This document shows, piece by piece, positions 25,851 through 37,239 of a stretch of 64,000 bases of DNA. Numbering within the stretch: position 1 is the stretch's first letter; each line of letters starts with the position of its first letter. The position numbers and the translations under genes are program-made. Under the pieces are notes generated by a model. That model was not told where the DNA came from, searched no databases, and saw only the letters and a program-made list of their open reading frames with translations. The stretch comes from Amphiscolops sp. MND2022. Taxonomy: Eukaryota. The stretch is taken from assembly GCA_964187785.1 (NCBI GenBank), contig OZ076415.1:68262001-68326000 (forward strand), given 5' to 3'.

Positions 25851-27288
25851 CTTTCAATGCTGTTTACCAATAGAAGTGTATGAATCAGAAAAATAAGAGT
25901 GACCATTTGCCACATGGTCTAGATATATTACAATGTTATCAGCTTCATCAGTTTTGCCAACTCTTCATTAAGTCGAGCTCAGCTATAACACTGCATATAC
26001 TTCAAAACACACCTCTGGACTTAATTTGGACAAGACTGGTGTTCTATTCTACAGTTTTCCAGGCTAAGAGAAATGATTAGATTAAAGTAAAGTTATATTG
26101 CTAGCAACTCTACTCTTCTATAACAAACATAATAATATAGCTTTTTGATTTAAGGGTCCTTTTGAGTTTGTTTGTCAACAACTCCTAGTTTTCTAGACAG
26201 TGGATAAACCGAAACTCGGTAGAGATCAGGAACCGGATTGAACCGTATATGACAACTGGAACGTCTATGTTTTGCCCTGTTTGGTTTTTCAAGTCAAACA
26301 ACGACATAAATGTCTACAATATGCGTAGAAAGCATACCTACAAGGGTTTAACACCAACATACAAAACAACAATGCGAAACAGAAGTCGCTAGAAAACACA
26401 TTCCCAAGTGCAAATAACTGGCTGATGTATCTTCAACCTAATACCAAACAATCTTACAGAATTAACAAGGAATCAAATTTAAACTTACGTTAATAAAATA
26501 ATTCTACTGTATCTTCGACAGAGATTTCGTCCTCAAATGAGGACAGCGAATTTTTGCGCAATCAAAAAAATTACGAAACGCAAAAAGCATGGAGGAAAAC
26601 GAAAGTTTGTCTTTCTTATCGACAATCTATCGGAACAGAAAACCGATTTGAGGTGCGGCTATTATTCGTGGGGAATTGAAAAGTTTTTGCCAAAATATTG
26701 TCGATTTTTCGATTTTTTGGAGAACTGTCGAGGGTATGTAGTACATAATAAAGAGCTCTTCAAAAATGTTTTTCTAAATTGTACAAGTTTTGTTCAATGC
26801 TTAACTGGTTCACAAGGGCACAACTAGTAGAGGCAAAAGTCATATTTGTGTCTTCAATCGGGTGTGTAAATTTATCATTAGATGAAATTAAAGTTCTTCT
26901 TCTTCTTTCTTCTTTTTGAACCCCGGACGTTATATAAGCTCAAAGAGTTTAAAAGGAAATCTGAAAAACGCCAGTGCCAAAAACTATCCAAAACGAGTAC
27001 GCTTTGGGCTGGAAAAATAATTTTCTAGAATGAAAACATCAAAAAATCCTAAAAAATTAAAAGAGGACACACGGATTTAATGTAGTTTTGTGAAGACTGA
27101 AAACTAAAATAAAACTTTTTAGAAGCGTTGGAATTCCGCTTTGAATTAACACAATGCTTTTAACACAATGCTTTGAACACCACGAGAATTTTGTGAAATC
27201 AGGAGGAGATCAAAGAAGTTTCAGAAAAGAGGAGGAAAATGGTTCCCACTGAAAAGTTTGTGAAAAATGAAGGATTGTTTGGTTTCAG

Positions 27289-27518
27289 GAGATCAAGGAA
27301 ATGGTGAACCAGGGCTTCCGGATCTACCTGACGGACGTGTGGAACTTCCTGGACTTCCTCATAGCCGTCATGTTCCTGATCGCGTCCACGGCCAGACTGA
27401 ACGACGCTCTGCAGGTGTTTGAGTACGAAGCCATCGAGAGACGCCACTGGGACTTCTACGACAACCTGCTCGTCTACGAGGCCTCGCTCTGCATGGGCAC
27501 TCTAGTCGCCGTCAACAG
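27289..27518 (+). CDS. TRPC: TRPC-family channel, exon encoding S2-S4
   Basis: Acceptor ggtttcag, phase 0. EIKEMVNQGFRIYLTDVWNFLDF matches TRP EIKQ...YL.D.WN.LDF. Ends EASLCMGTLVAVN(R) before CAG|gcatgt. Confidence 0.9.
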
Positions 27519-28284
27519 GCATGTTGCATGATAGTAGCATCATTCACTTAGAATTTTTCAAAAAAACATGAAAACATTGGAAGTTCTCCTCGGAAGTAAT
27601 AAAAAAAGCGTGTCAGTGAAATGACATAAAGGTTAACTTCGAAAAAAGTTGGAAAAAATTGACGGTGATCAAGTGATTTTTTTAGATTTTTCCCCAGCAG
27701 TGCCTGAAAAAACTTGATTGCAGTGAATTGACCCGTGAACTGCAAATAGTGTTTAGTGTTTTTCGTGTATTTTCCTATAGTGCATCGGTATTGTGCATCG
27801 GTATTGTGAGCAAAAAACTATAGTGTACGGTACAGTGTGTCGACTGTAAAAAATCAATTTTTAAAAAATGAGAGTTCACTCAGAAAACGTGTCTGAGTTC
27901 CACTGATTCAGAATTTGTCGGATAGGATAAGATCTCCAGAATTATTTTTCTGAACCCTTTGTTCCAGTTCTTTTATCGCCAGCAAAAGTCAAAAGGTTCA
28001 ATTCATTTCTTTCACCCTTCTTTACTCATTTCGAAAGCAAATTAAGTTGCTTCATTTTCTCTCTCGTGTAAATTGTGTATTTCGAGTAAATTGTGTAAAT
28101 GGAAAGTTCGTGTAACGATACACGAAAATTCGTGTATTTCGGTACAGTACATATATCAACGTCAATTCACTGCTTGAATGGTTTGAAATGTTAACAAAAC
28201 TGATCAAAAATCATTTGGCATTCAAATTTCTCTTTATAATACTCACAATAACTAGTTCTCACAGGATGACGTTTTTGCCACTAG

Positions 28285-29785
28285 GATTCTTCACTTCTTC
28301 CGGGCGAGTCGGCTGCTTGGCAAACTGCAGATGAGTCTTGGCTCTTCGTTTGGGGAAATCACCAAATTCATGGCTCTTTTCCTCATCATGTACATATCAT
28401 TCGCGTCAGCTATTAATTCCCTGTATTGGAAGGACCAGTTCACAGTCATTAACGCATGTAGGAACAGGGACAATGTCACCGATGGCCACAAAAACTGTCC
28501 GGATTACATTAACCAGAAGGTCAAGAAGGATGAGTTCCAGTTTATAACCATCGGGGGATGTCTTTATCAACTTTATTGGACGCTTTTTGGCTACTCCGAT
28601 ATTGTGTTTGCTTCTAAAGTGTACAAAGACTGGACCCTTCATACGTTTGTCGGCTCAATTTTGTTCATTCTTTTCAACTTCGTAGCCGTGGTTGTTCTTC
28701 TAAACGTGCTTATCGGTATGATCACAAAAACGCTAGACAACATTGAAGAAAATATTGACACAGAATGGAAATTTGCAAGGTCAAATATATACGCAGAGTA
28801 CATTGGTGATAATAGCTCTCTGCCTTCGCCATTCAACATTTTCCCATCTTTGCGCAAAATGATGCTGCTTTTTGCAAAGTTCTGGGAACTTTGCACGGGA
28901 AGTGACAAAATGATGCATTATGCCAAACCCAACTTACGAAGTGACCAAAAAAAGCGGCAAGAACATGAAAATCGTCTGCCAGATATCATGCGTGCCATGA
29001 AAGACCAGTACATGCGAAACCAGATGAAGGAAGCCGAGGCCGGGGAAGTTACTTTGGAAGATCTGGACTCTCTGAAAAACGATGTTTCTGGTCTGAAGTT
29101 TGAAGTGCTGAGTTACGTCCGGTGCGTTCCAAGCACCTTAGATGCCATGTGTAAGCGGCAGTTTCAACAATTACAGGAAATCGAATTTTTGCAAAACCGG
29201 CAAAGAGAGCAATGGAATGAAATGCTAGCCCACGAAGAAAGAATGCAGGAAATCAAAAAGTTGCACAGTGCCGAAATTGAAAGACTGCAGCAAAAACAAG
29301 ATGAGAGTTTTGCTATCACGAGGGATCATCATTCTCAAAAACTAGAGGAAGCGACAATGTTTCAGACAAAGCAGGCTCATGACAATCAAGTTGAGGCGAA
29401 AGAAAAAATCAGCCAGGCGAAAATAGAACAGATTAACAGAGTTAATGATATCTACAAAAGACAGGACGATCATTTCAAGCATCTTCGTGAAGAACAGGAT
29501 TTGATCAAAAGCATTCAAAAAGAGAATGCACACACAGCCAATGAAAACTGCACGATATTGAAAGAGTTGATTGAGAACCAAGACAGAAAGATAACGAGAT
29601 TCAAGTGTGAACAAGATGAGAAGAACTGTGAAATGGAGCGGAAACAGGTGGAGATGGTTGAACAACTTAAACGTGAGAATGAACAGAAACACTTGATACA
29701 GTGTGAAGAGATGCGTGAACTTCATTCGCGGCAAGAACATCATTTGAAGACACTACATTGTGAACAGGCACGTCAAAAAGAATAA
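28285..29785 (+). CDS. TRPC: TRPC-family channel, exon with S4-S5 linker, pore, S6, TRP box and coiled coil (stop at 29785, or spliced at 29767)
   Basis: RILHFFRASRLLGKLQMSLG linker, pore YQLYWTLFG, S6 VVVLLNVLIGMI, TRP box EWKFAR, LPSPFNIFPS, then a long E/Q/K-rich helix. Confidence 0.93.
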
Positions 29786-30126
29786 TATTATCGAATGCTG
29801 ATCCTAAACAAAAAGTCGAAGAAACTTTGAACTAGGATAGGTAGGGAACCATAGCTAACCAAAACCAGCTTTCCAACCAGGCTGATTATAGCCTGGACTA
29901 TCGTGCCACCCTCCATTTCATACGATTTTTTTTCGATCTCGATCTTTTTATGATCAAGCTGGAGTCACAAATGGCCCAGAAAATGGTAAATTTGATTTCA
30001 TAATTTTCTATGACCCATACAATCGTAAGTGTTCCCAGTTTGGCATATTTAAGGAATACTCAAAAAATTCATTACCACTGAGTTAAATGACTGCGTTACG
30101 CCATATACCTACATTATGCCAACAAC

Positions 30127-30474
30127 CTTCCAGGGCTCCCCTCCCATACAAAAACGGATTGGATTGACAATAGTCTTATATAATACTCACTGTATAATTC
30201 TAGGATAAAAATAGTATGACCATTCAAGCTGCATGGTAAACAGTATCACCATAGACTGGAAATAACTGTGGTTATAGGACGTCCATAGTCCGAATCACAA
30301 AAGGTTCAACCTATGATCAGCCTGATTCCATGAATGGCATAGTTATGCATGCCTTCATGGTTATCTTGCTTACCATACAGTTTGGATGATCATCCTATGT
30401 TTATCCTAGAAATATACTGAATTTATTATAGCTGACTATCATCAGTCTCTTTTTGTATGGGAAGTCCGGGGAAG
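30127..30474. mobile_element. Possible small MITE
   Basis: Imperfect inverted ends CTTCC...TCCCATACAAAAA. No TSD verified. Confidence 0.35.
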
Positions 30475-31293
30475 CGCGAAAACTTCAAAAGTCAGTCAAT
30501 ATGTGTATGAGGTCGAAATGATTAGAGACGATGTTTGGTGTAAACTAGTCAACTACTGTCATTACCGATGGTGTCAACTGGTTAATGTACGAGGCTGTGT
30601 CAACTGGTGTAACGACTTATCAATGCGTCTAATGTGTGACAAGTGTAAATCTTCAATGTTTGGGCCCAAAATTGACCCAAAAATGGCTAAAAAACGGCCA
30701 CTTTTCGACTTTTTTGATTTTTGCAAAAAGTGTCCATACGATTCGAACGAAACTTTCTACAGTCATTTTCTACACCATAGTATGGGCCTATGTGTGCAAT
30801 TTCAATTAATTCGTCTGACTGGGATTGGAGCGAGTCAGAAGGAAAAAGACCTAAGCCGACTCCTTCACCTCATATGCGGCTCTGGTTTTACTTCTTGCTG
30901 AACTCCTAGTTCACTGAGAACGTAAAAAATGTCCTAAAATGTACTTTTTGACTCCTGTTTCAGTTTTGTAGAGGAACAAACTTCAGGAGAAATCACAAAA
31001 TCAATTTATTTCCTTTTTACAGCTGTAACTTATATAATCAACAAGAAAACTACAAATTCTGAATGAAAATATACCCTCCGAAGAAAATAATTCAACAGGT
31101 GAAGAATATATCGGAATTTAACAAGTTGATAGGCGAAGAAAACGAAAATATTGTTCTTCTTCTTGCAAAATTTTACGGACGGTTCTATTGGAAACTTGGT
31201 AATTTATGGCCGCCTGTGTAAAACTCGTACAATGGGCAAATGTTTTGGAATGAATTGCAGTATAAAAATTTTGACATGCCTTAACCGGAACAG

Positions 31294-31813
31294 GTTTCTC
31301 TGATGAAATCAATGGAGTGTGAGTACAGAAACAGCTTGAACGAACAAGTTGGATGTTTGAAACAGTTTTATGAATTCAAAATGGGCGAATATTTGATCGC
31401 ACAACAGACGATAATATCTGAACAGAGTAAATTTATCCGAGAACTTGTCAGTGGAATGCAAGATTACGTTAACAAAATTTCGACAGACCACGCGGAGAAA
31501 ATTCTGGAATCGCAGAAAACCATTCCTGCACTGTTCCGAAACGAGACCAAAATAGTTTGCCAGAGTATGCAAGAGTTGTACAACAGCAAAACTGGGTCTT
31601 TGCCTTCGACACCTCTTATGCCCAGAGATCCCTCAATGCCAAGTCGATTGCCGAAACCCACTTTCAGAACTCCTGTGCCTGTCAATCAAGTGCGCCCTCT
31701 ATCGTCGCATTACGACACTCGTTCGGTGACAGGACTGTCCAATTACAGCTCGACTAGTTCTCTCAACAGCATCGGGGAAACTTCTGTCGACACCGGCGTC
31801 TCATCATTCATAG
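31294..31813 (+). CDS. Probable further exon of the TRPC gene (coiled coil then S/P/T-rich tail)
   Basis: Branch-like ccttaac, then aacag acceptor at 31293. Phase 0 matches donor CAG|gcacgt at 29768. Open 31294-31884. The 3' boundary is uncertain because the ORF runs into a family X repeat at about 31830. Confidence 0.55.
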
Positions 31814-31829
31814 GCAGGTCTTCCCAAGA

Positions 31830-32187
31830 AAAAAACGAGCCGGGACCGGCCCAAGTCGGCGCCATATGTAAGGCTCAAAAATAGCAAAAGGACTTCAAAA
31901 TGTCAAAGCATTGGTGAATTTGGAACCTTTTATGCAAAAATTGGAAAAAAGTCTCAAAATGCCGAAAAAAATCTAAAGGGGGGACCTTTTGGTCCCGTCC
32001 GGTAGTGTATGTAACGCGGGAAACCTTTTTGGTTCAGTTCCTTGGGCCAACAGATACAATTTGGCGTCTTCTCAAAATTTTGCAGAACTTTTGGTAGAAC
32101 TATTTTGGTCACTTCAGGTGGTCTTAAAAAACTCCGACGAAAAGCCATGACTATAGTCGGCTCTTTTCAGGAAAAGCGCCGACTAAC
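31830..32187 (+). repeat. Family X repeat copy
   Basis: cccaagtcggcgccatatgtaaggctcaaaa ... gtcggctcttttcaggaaaagcgccgactaa. Confidence 0.75.
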
Positions 32188-32959
32188 AAGTTTTTCCCAT
32201 GAACGAATTCTCAAAATCGATCGAACAGGACTGTAGGAAACATTTTTATAACGGTCTTGTCGAGATTCGAGATCTGTTTATCAACATCTTGCATTTTACA
32301 TATCGATGTTACGCTCTTGAAACTGATTCAAACCGGAATTCTTGGCTCATTCAAAAATTCCTCCGAAAAACCTTGTTGAACCATTCAGTGGAAATCTAGC
32401 TAGTTAGTTGGGTCTGAGTTCGTTCTTCGGTTTGAGTTAAGCTGTGAACGTGCCAATGCTCAGTTCCACTGAAAAGTCTAAACTTTTTCTCGATTCAGCC
32501 AGCATGCGTCAAAATTGATTTGTGATCCGCCTTTATTCTTCTCCATTACATCTTCTTACTTTCAATAAAGAGAAATGAAGTGAACTTACAATGACTTTTC
32601 TGCATCACAATTGAGGCAAAAAGAAAAACTTAGTGGACTCGTTTGTAGCTAATGGAGTCAAACTTTTTTTAAAAATCAACATAGACTCGAATAGGAAACA
32701 TTATTCGTTAATATATCTACAACTTACTGTTCTCGAGCTGATGAGCTGATCAGCTATGTATATACTTTTCTCAACTGCATTCAAAATGTCCAAATAAGGA
32801 TTTTCGATATTCCTCGAGAGTTTTCGCAAAATTTTCGGGAAGCATCATGTTGTAAACAATTTTCGCTCGATTGGAAACATTGGTATTTGAAAATGATCAA
32901 CACAGAACGAATTTTTGTGAAAATTCAAGAGTTAGTGAGAATTTAAATGACCATATTAG

Positions 32960-33232
32960 GAAACCCTGCCGACAGGTATCGGTAACCTAACGTCCCACGC
33001 CATCAACAATAACAACAACATCAATGCCCGCGAGAATCACGTGCCAGCCAAAATGACCCCGGCTGTGAACAAAACCAACACTTATTCCAGTTCTTCGTGG
33101 TTGCCCAGATTCAACAAAGTCAAGGGTCCCACGTCTACAGGGGGGTCTGGGAAAAGTACGATTCCCAAGGTCTCTGCCCGTCTCTTACCTCAGAACTCAG
33201 CGGCACCAGCCAACCAGCACAACGGGCTCTAG
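32960..33232 (+). CDS. Possible terminal exon (N/S/T/P-rich)
   Basis: Open frame ETLPTGIGNLTSHAINNNNN...QHNGL* with coding-like codon usage. Candidate acceptors at 32959 or 32975. Link to TRPC is inference. Confidence 0.35.
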   Translation, partial: ETLPTGIGNLTSHAINNNNNINARENHVPAKMTPAVNKTNTYSSSSWLPRFNKVKGPTSTGGSGKSTIPKVSARLLPQNSAAPANQHNGL

Positions 33233-35066
33233 TCGCCTCGGGAGAAGCAGTCAAAATTAGCAGTGTACACTGCGGTCAAATCTCAATTGTTAATATTCAG
33301 AATCTAGCCAATAACTTAATGCTCATCGCCGTAGTTTCAATTTAATTTAATTTTCATACCTCCTTCTCGTTTTGGCTTTCGGCCGAAGGAGAATCGATTA
33401 TTGGCATCAAGTTCACGATACCAAAAAACCATCTGAAAAATAAATCTAAAAAACGTCTGAAAATTTCAGCGGTTCATTTAGAGTTCAAATAAGACAAAGC
33501 CTCTCAGATTCGCCCATGAACTATTAACGGCAAAACACTCACGATTTGGCTCTTTCTGTTGCCATTTTAGCGCAAAAAGAAAATTAAGTTTTGGAAGAAT
33601 CCTTTTGGAAAAGCCAATTTGATAGGAAATTGATAGGACTGACAGAGTTGAGAAAATCCGTCCTACTTTGGTCAGATTACTAAAGTGTAAAAACAGCTAT
33701 AATGTTACACTATTGGAAAAGCCTCGGACAAAATCTTCCTCAAGTAACATTAAATGGGACCCCGGTTTTTCGAGTATTCCGCAGAAAATGCGAGTAACAG
33801 CGGAAAGTAACGAAATACGTTTCTCATTCATAGTTTAAGTTTCTTCATGCAAATTAACTCGAACAAGTTTTGTTCTGAAGCAGCAAACAATTAGAGCAAA
33901 GTTGTATTTCCACCAAAAAGCTGACACACTCCAGGACGGACCCACGTGCAAAATGTAATTCGAGACCAGTTTGAAATTGTATGGAGATGTTAAAGATTGA
34001 AAAACAGCCTAGCTATAGTGTACGTAAATATTCTAGGCAACAAGATTAGCTTCAAAAAACTTTTTTGGCCAAGCTTTCGGATTCGAAAATTATGAAACTT
34101 GACTTTTCTTGCATCACACCAGCATTAAGTTTTCCTGCTGTCCTCACAGAGCGTTCGCAGGCTGAACACTTGATTCTACTTCGTTAAAAAGTTGTACACT
34201 ACTAATGACATGGATTTTAATGGTATTATTTTTGTTTTCTCGGATAATCATCGTCAGCATCTCACCATATTCGAATAGTGAAGAACCAAATATCGTGATA
34301 TAATCTTTTTTTTCGAATGTTGGATAAATGTCCATAGTTTTTGTTACATCCTTGCGAACCATAGCTAATCTGACATGATCATCTTTATCACCGCAATTCC
34401 AAAAAGAATAAGAAGGATTCCTCAAACTTCATAACAGATCACATGAAAGCGGAAAACTTTGTAACCTATACATCCGATACCTCTTTTCAAACTACGAAAA
34501 ACAAACGAAAAGCCATTGAACAACATTAATAGTCACTGAAATTGAAGTAAGGGAGCCTCCACAAGTCTCTCGGAAAGAATTTTTGATTAAACGAATTATA
34601 GTACAGACGAATTACGCTTTCAAATTGAAAGCACTAACTGGTCGTTATTATGAACCATTTTGTGCAGACGACTTGTACACTGTTTTTGTTAGCATTATTG
34701 TGCATTATAGCAAATCGCGAATGTGTTCCGAAAACGTTAACCTTTTAAACGAAATTGATAAGAGCAAAATATCATTTTATCAAAAATGTGTCACACAGGA
34801 AAAAAACCTCTTTACGACCAAATCGAATTAGATTCAGACGTTGGAAATCTCTCACGCAAGAAAACATTAAGCAAATGATTGATGAAATTCACCTTTTAGC
34901 GGAAAACCTGTCTAAATTCAGTTTTCAAGTGTCTTGAAGTTCCTGAGATACACTATGGTACCAAAAAGCTAAGTACAGCTGAATTTTTTGAATTTTTTTC
35001 AAGTCAAAAAAAAATGAAAACATTTGTGAACAATTTCAATCAGTTACCGGAAGTTGTGCTTCGAAA

Positions 35067-36974
35067 ATGGTTAAACCGCTTGATTCATTTTTGGTTTGCA
35101 AAATTGTTACTCTTCGCGAGATTGGGTTATCTTACAATCAAATCAAAGAGAAATTGGGTTTGAAGTCACGATCAACAGCACAGTCAGCTTACAAGCGCTT
35201 TTTGAAAACCAGTTCTTATTCTCCAAAAAAACCACCAGGAAGACCGGAAAAACTTAGCAAAAAAGACAAAAGATTAATTATAAGAAGCGTCAAAAACGAT
35301 CCCAAAACTACATTACAAAGAATCAGGGTAAAGTATAATTCTTTTGCAACCTCAAAAAGTGTCTCAAGATCTACAATTCGGCGAGTTCTGAAGAAGTATG
35401 GGCTAGTTTCTAGAGTGGCGGCTAAAAAATTTCAGCTCAATAAAAAACAACGAACAACGAGGAAAAAATGGTGCTTGCGAATGTCCAAGAAGCCGCTCGG
35501 TTTTTTGTCCAGCCTTGCGCTCACTGAAAAAAGTACATAGTAAAAAATTTTCAATTTTGGGAAGGAAAATCATACACAGAGTCCAACACAGAGTCCGCAA
35601 ATAGACGAAAATTTTCAGCAAAAAAATCGGAAATTTTCGAAAAAAATCTCAAAGTTTCGGAATTTTCCTAATTTTTTTATCGCAACACCAAACGGCCCCT
35701 CCTACAAACTTTTCGGCACTGTGAGACAATTTTTTCTCAACACCAAAGGGTCTCCCTTCGAAATTTTTCGGTACTGTGAGACAAAAAAATCAAAAATTTA
35801 GAAAAAAAATCGAAATTTTCGAAAAAAATCTTCGAAATTTTCCCAATTTTTTTCACAACATTTCACAATAAGAATGCATTCTTTTATTTTTGAAACCTTC
35901 CAATTACGGCCTTGAACTGAAACAAAATCCATGCATGAATTTTGGAATTTTTTTCAAAATTTCGATTTTTCGAATATTTCATTTTTTTTGTTTCACAGGG
36001 CCGAAAAAAATTCACAGGGTGACCCTTTTCTTCTGTTTGCGAAATCGTCTAAAAACACGGGACAGCCCTGGGGTGGAACCCACAATCTTTGGTGTCAAAA
36101 GTGAGAATTCAACCGGCTGCGCCAAATCTACTTGAATTCGAACAGTTAAAAGCGGCGACTAAAAAAAATAAATGTCATTGTAATAGTCGGGCACTTTTTG
36201 ATATAAGCGCCGACTAAGAACCGTAAACAATCGGGGAACAGCGTAAGTCGGTGACCTGCTTAAGCCTCAAATTTATCGACAAAGTGTTTCAACTTTTTCT
36301 GACTTTTTCTTTTGTTTTTTATTATCGCAGATTTTTGTAGTACTCTACTTTTGCTATTCTTTTTCTCATGAAGTTTTACATAATAATCTTGGCTGGATGG
36401 AAAAGGATTCTGGGAAAATGTGGTTTTCACTGATGAAACTCGTGTGCGTCTGAACAGTGACGGTATTGTAAGAGTTTTCCGAGAAAAAGGATCGCGTTTC
36501 CACTCAAAAAATATTCAAGGGCAGAACACTGATAAACGCTCGCTTATGTTCTGGGGAGCTATTCGATCGGATGGCAGGAAGATGCTAATTAGATGCCCGG
36601 CAACACTCAATAGCAGCGGCTATGTCGAAATTCTTGAAAAGTATGACAGAAATTTGCACCTACCGGACATTGTTTTCCAGCACGATAATGCCCCAATTCA
36701 CAGAAGCAGAGAGGTTTCCAACTATCTAAGTGAAAAGAAGTGGGATGTGCTCGAATGGCCTCCGTATAGTCCTGATTTGAACCCCATGGAAAATATTTGG
36801 GCTATACTGAAGAAATCCCTGCAAGGACAAACTCTAACGTGGGAAAATTTGGAAGAAACAGTGATTGATATTTGGAACAATATCAGTCCCGAAATTATCC
36901 GAAAAATGTACGCATCTTATGAGAGTCGCCTCGTAAAAACTATAAAAAACGATGGAAATATGATAAGTTATTAG
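35067..36974 (+). CDS. Tc1 transposase, 333 aa when 35067-35499 is joined to 36406-36974
   Basis: HTH region with GRPEK. Joined sequence reads KKPLGFWENVVFTDE. Catalytic TDE, HDNAPIH, DLNPME with 34 residues between D and E. No stops in either half. Confidence 0.9.
35500..36405. other. 906-bp insertion in the Tc1 transposase with GT..AG ends, containing nested family X pieces
   Basis: CTCG|gttttttgtccagcc ... ggctggatggaaaag|GATTCTGG. GG on both sides. Imperfect inverted ends TTTT...TCCAGCC. Confidence 0.85.
36061..36130 (-). pseudogene. tRNA-like (SINE-head-like) cassette
   Basis: Minus strand TTTGGCGCAGCCGGTT (A-box-like) ... TTGACAC ... GTGGGTTCCACCCC (B-box-like). Stems are degenerate. 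Confidence 0.5.
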
Positions 36975-37239
36975 TGTGTTTGTCTCCTAATTTGATTATA
37001 TTTTTTTTCTGTTTAAATTTCAAATTTTCCTCTCAGTTTTTAAAAATTCAACAGGTGTACGTAGCTTTCTGGTACCATAGTGTACCATTACCGACCAAAA
37101 ATGATTGACAACCTAAAAAATTACCAATTTTCAAATTGGATGACTACTTCGGAAAGAAACGAAAAATATTACCTTTTCCAGAATTTCCTCATGCATCGAC
37201 ATCAATCACTTTTCCATTCATAATACTTTTTGAGTGAAA

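Larger units (their letters stand above)
34951..37082 (+). mobile_element. Tc1/mariner (DD34E) DNA transposon, complete
   Basis: TIRs CACTATGGTACCA(A/G)AAAGCTA(A/C)GTACA at both ends. TA duplication at 34949-34950 and 37083-37084. Confidence 0.97.

Noticed and set aside
30503-30901. 132-aa Cys-rich ORF
   Set aside because: Runs through short gtcaactg repeats and repeat-like sequence; no domain pattern.
31063-31293. Apparent upstream extension MKIYPPKK... of the 31303 ORF
   Set aside because: Two in-frame stops. A good branch point and acceptor at 31293 explain the ORF start better.
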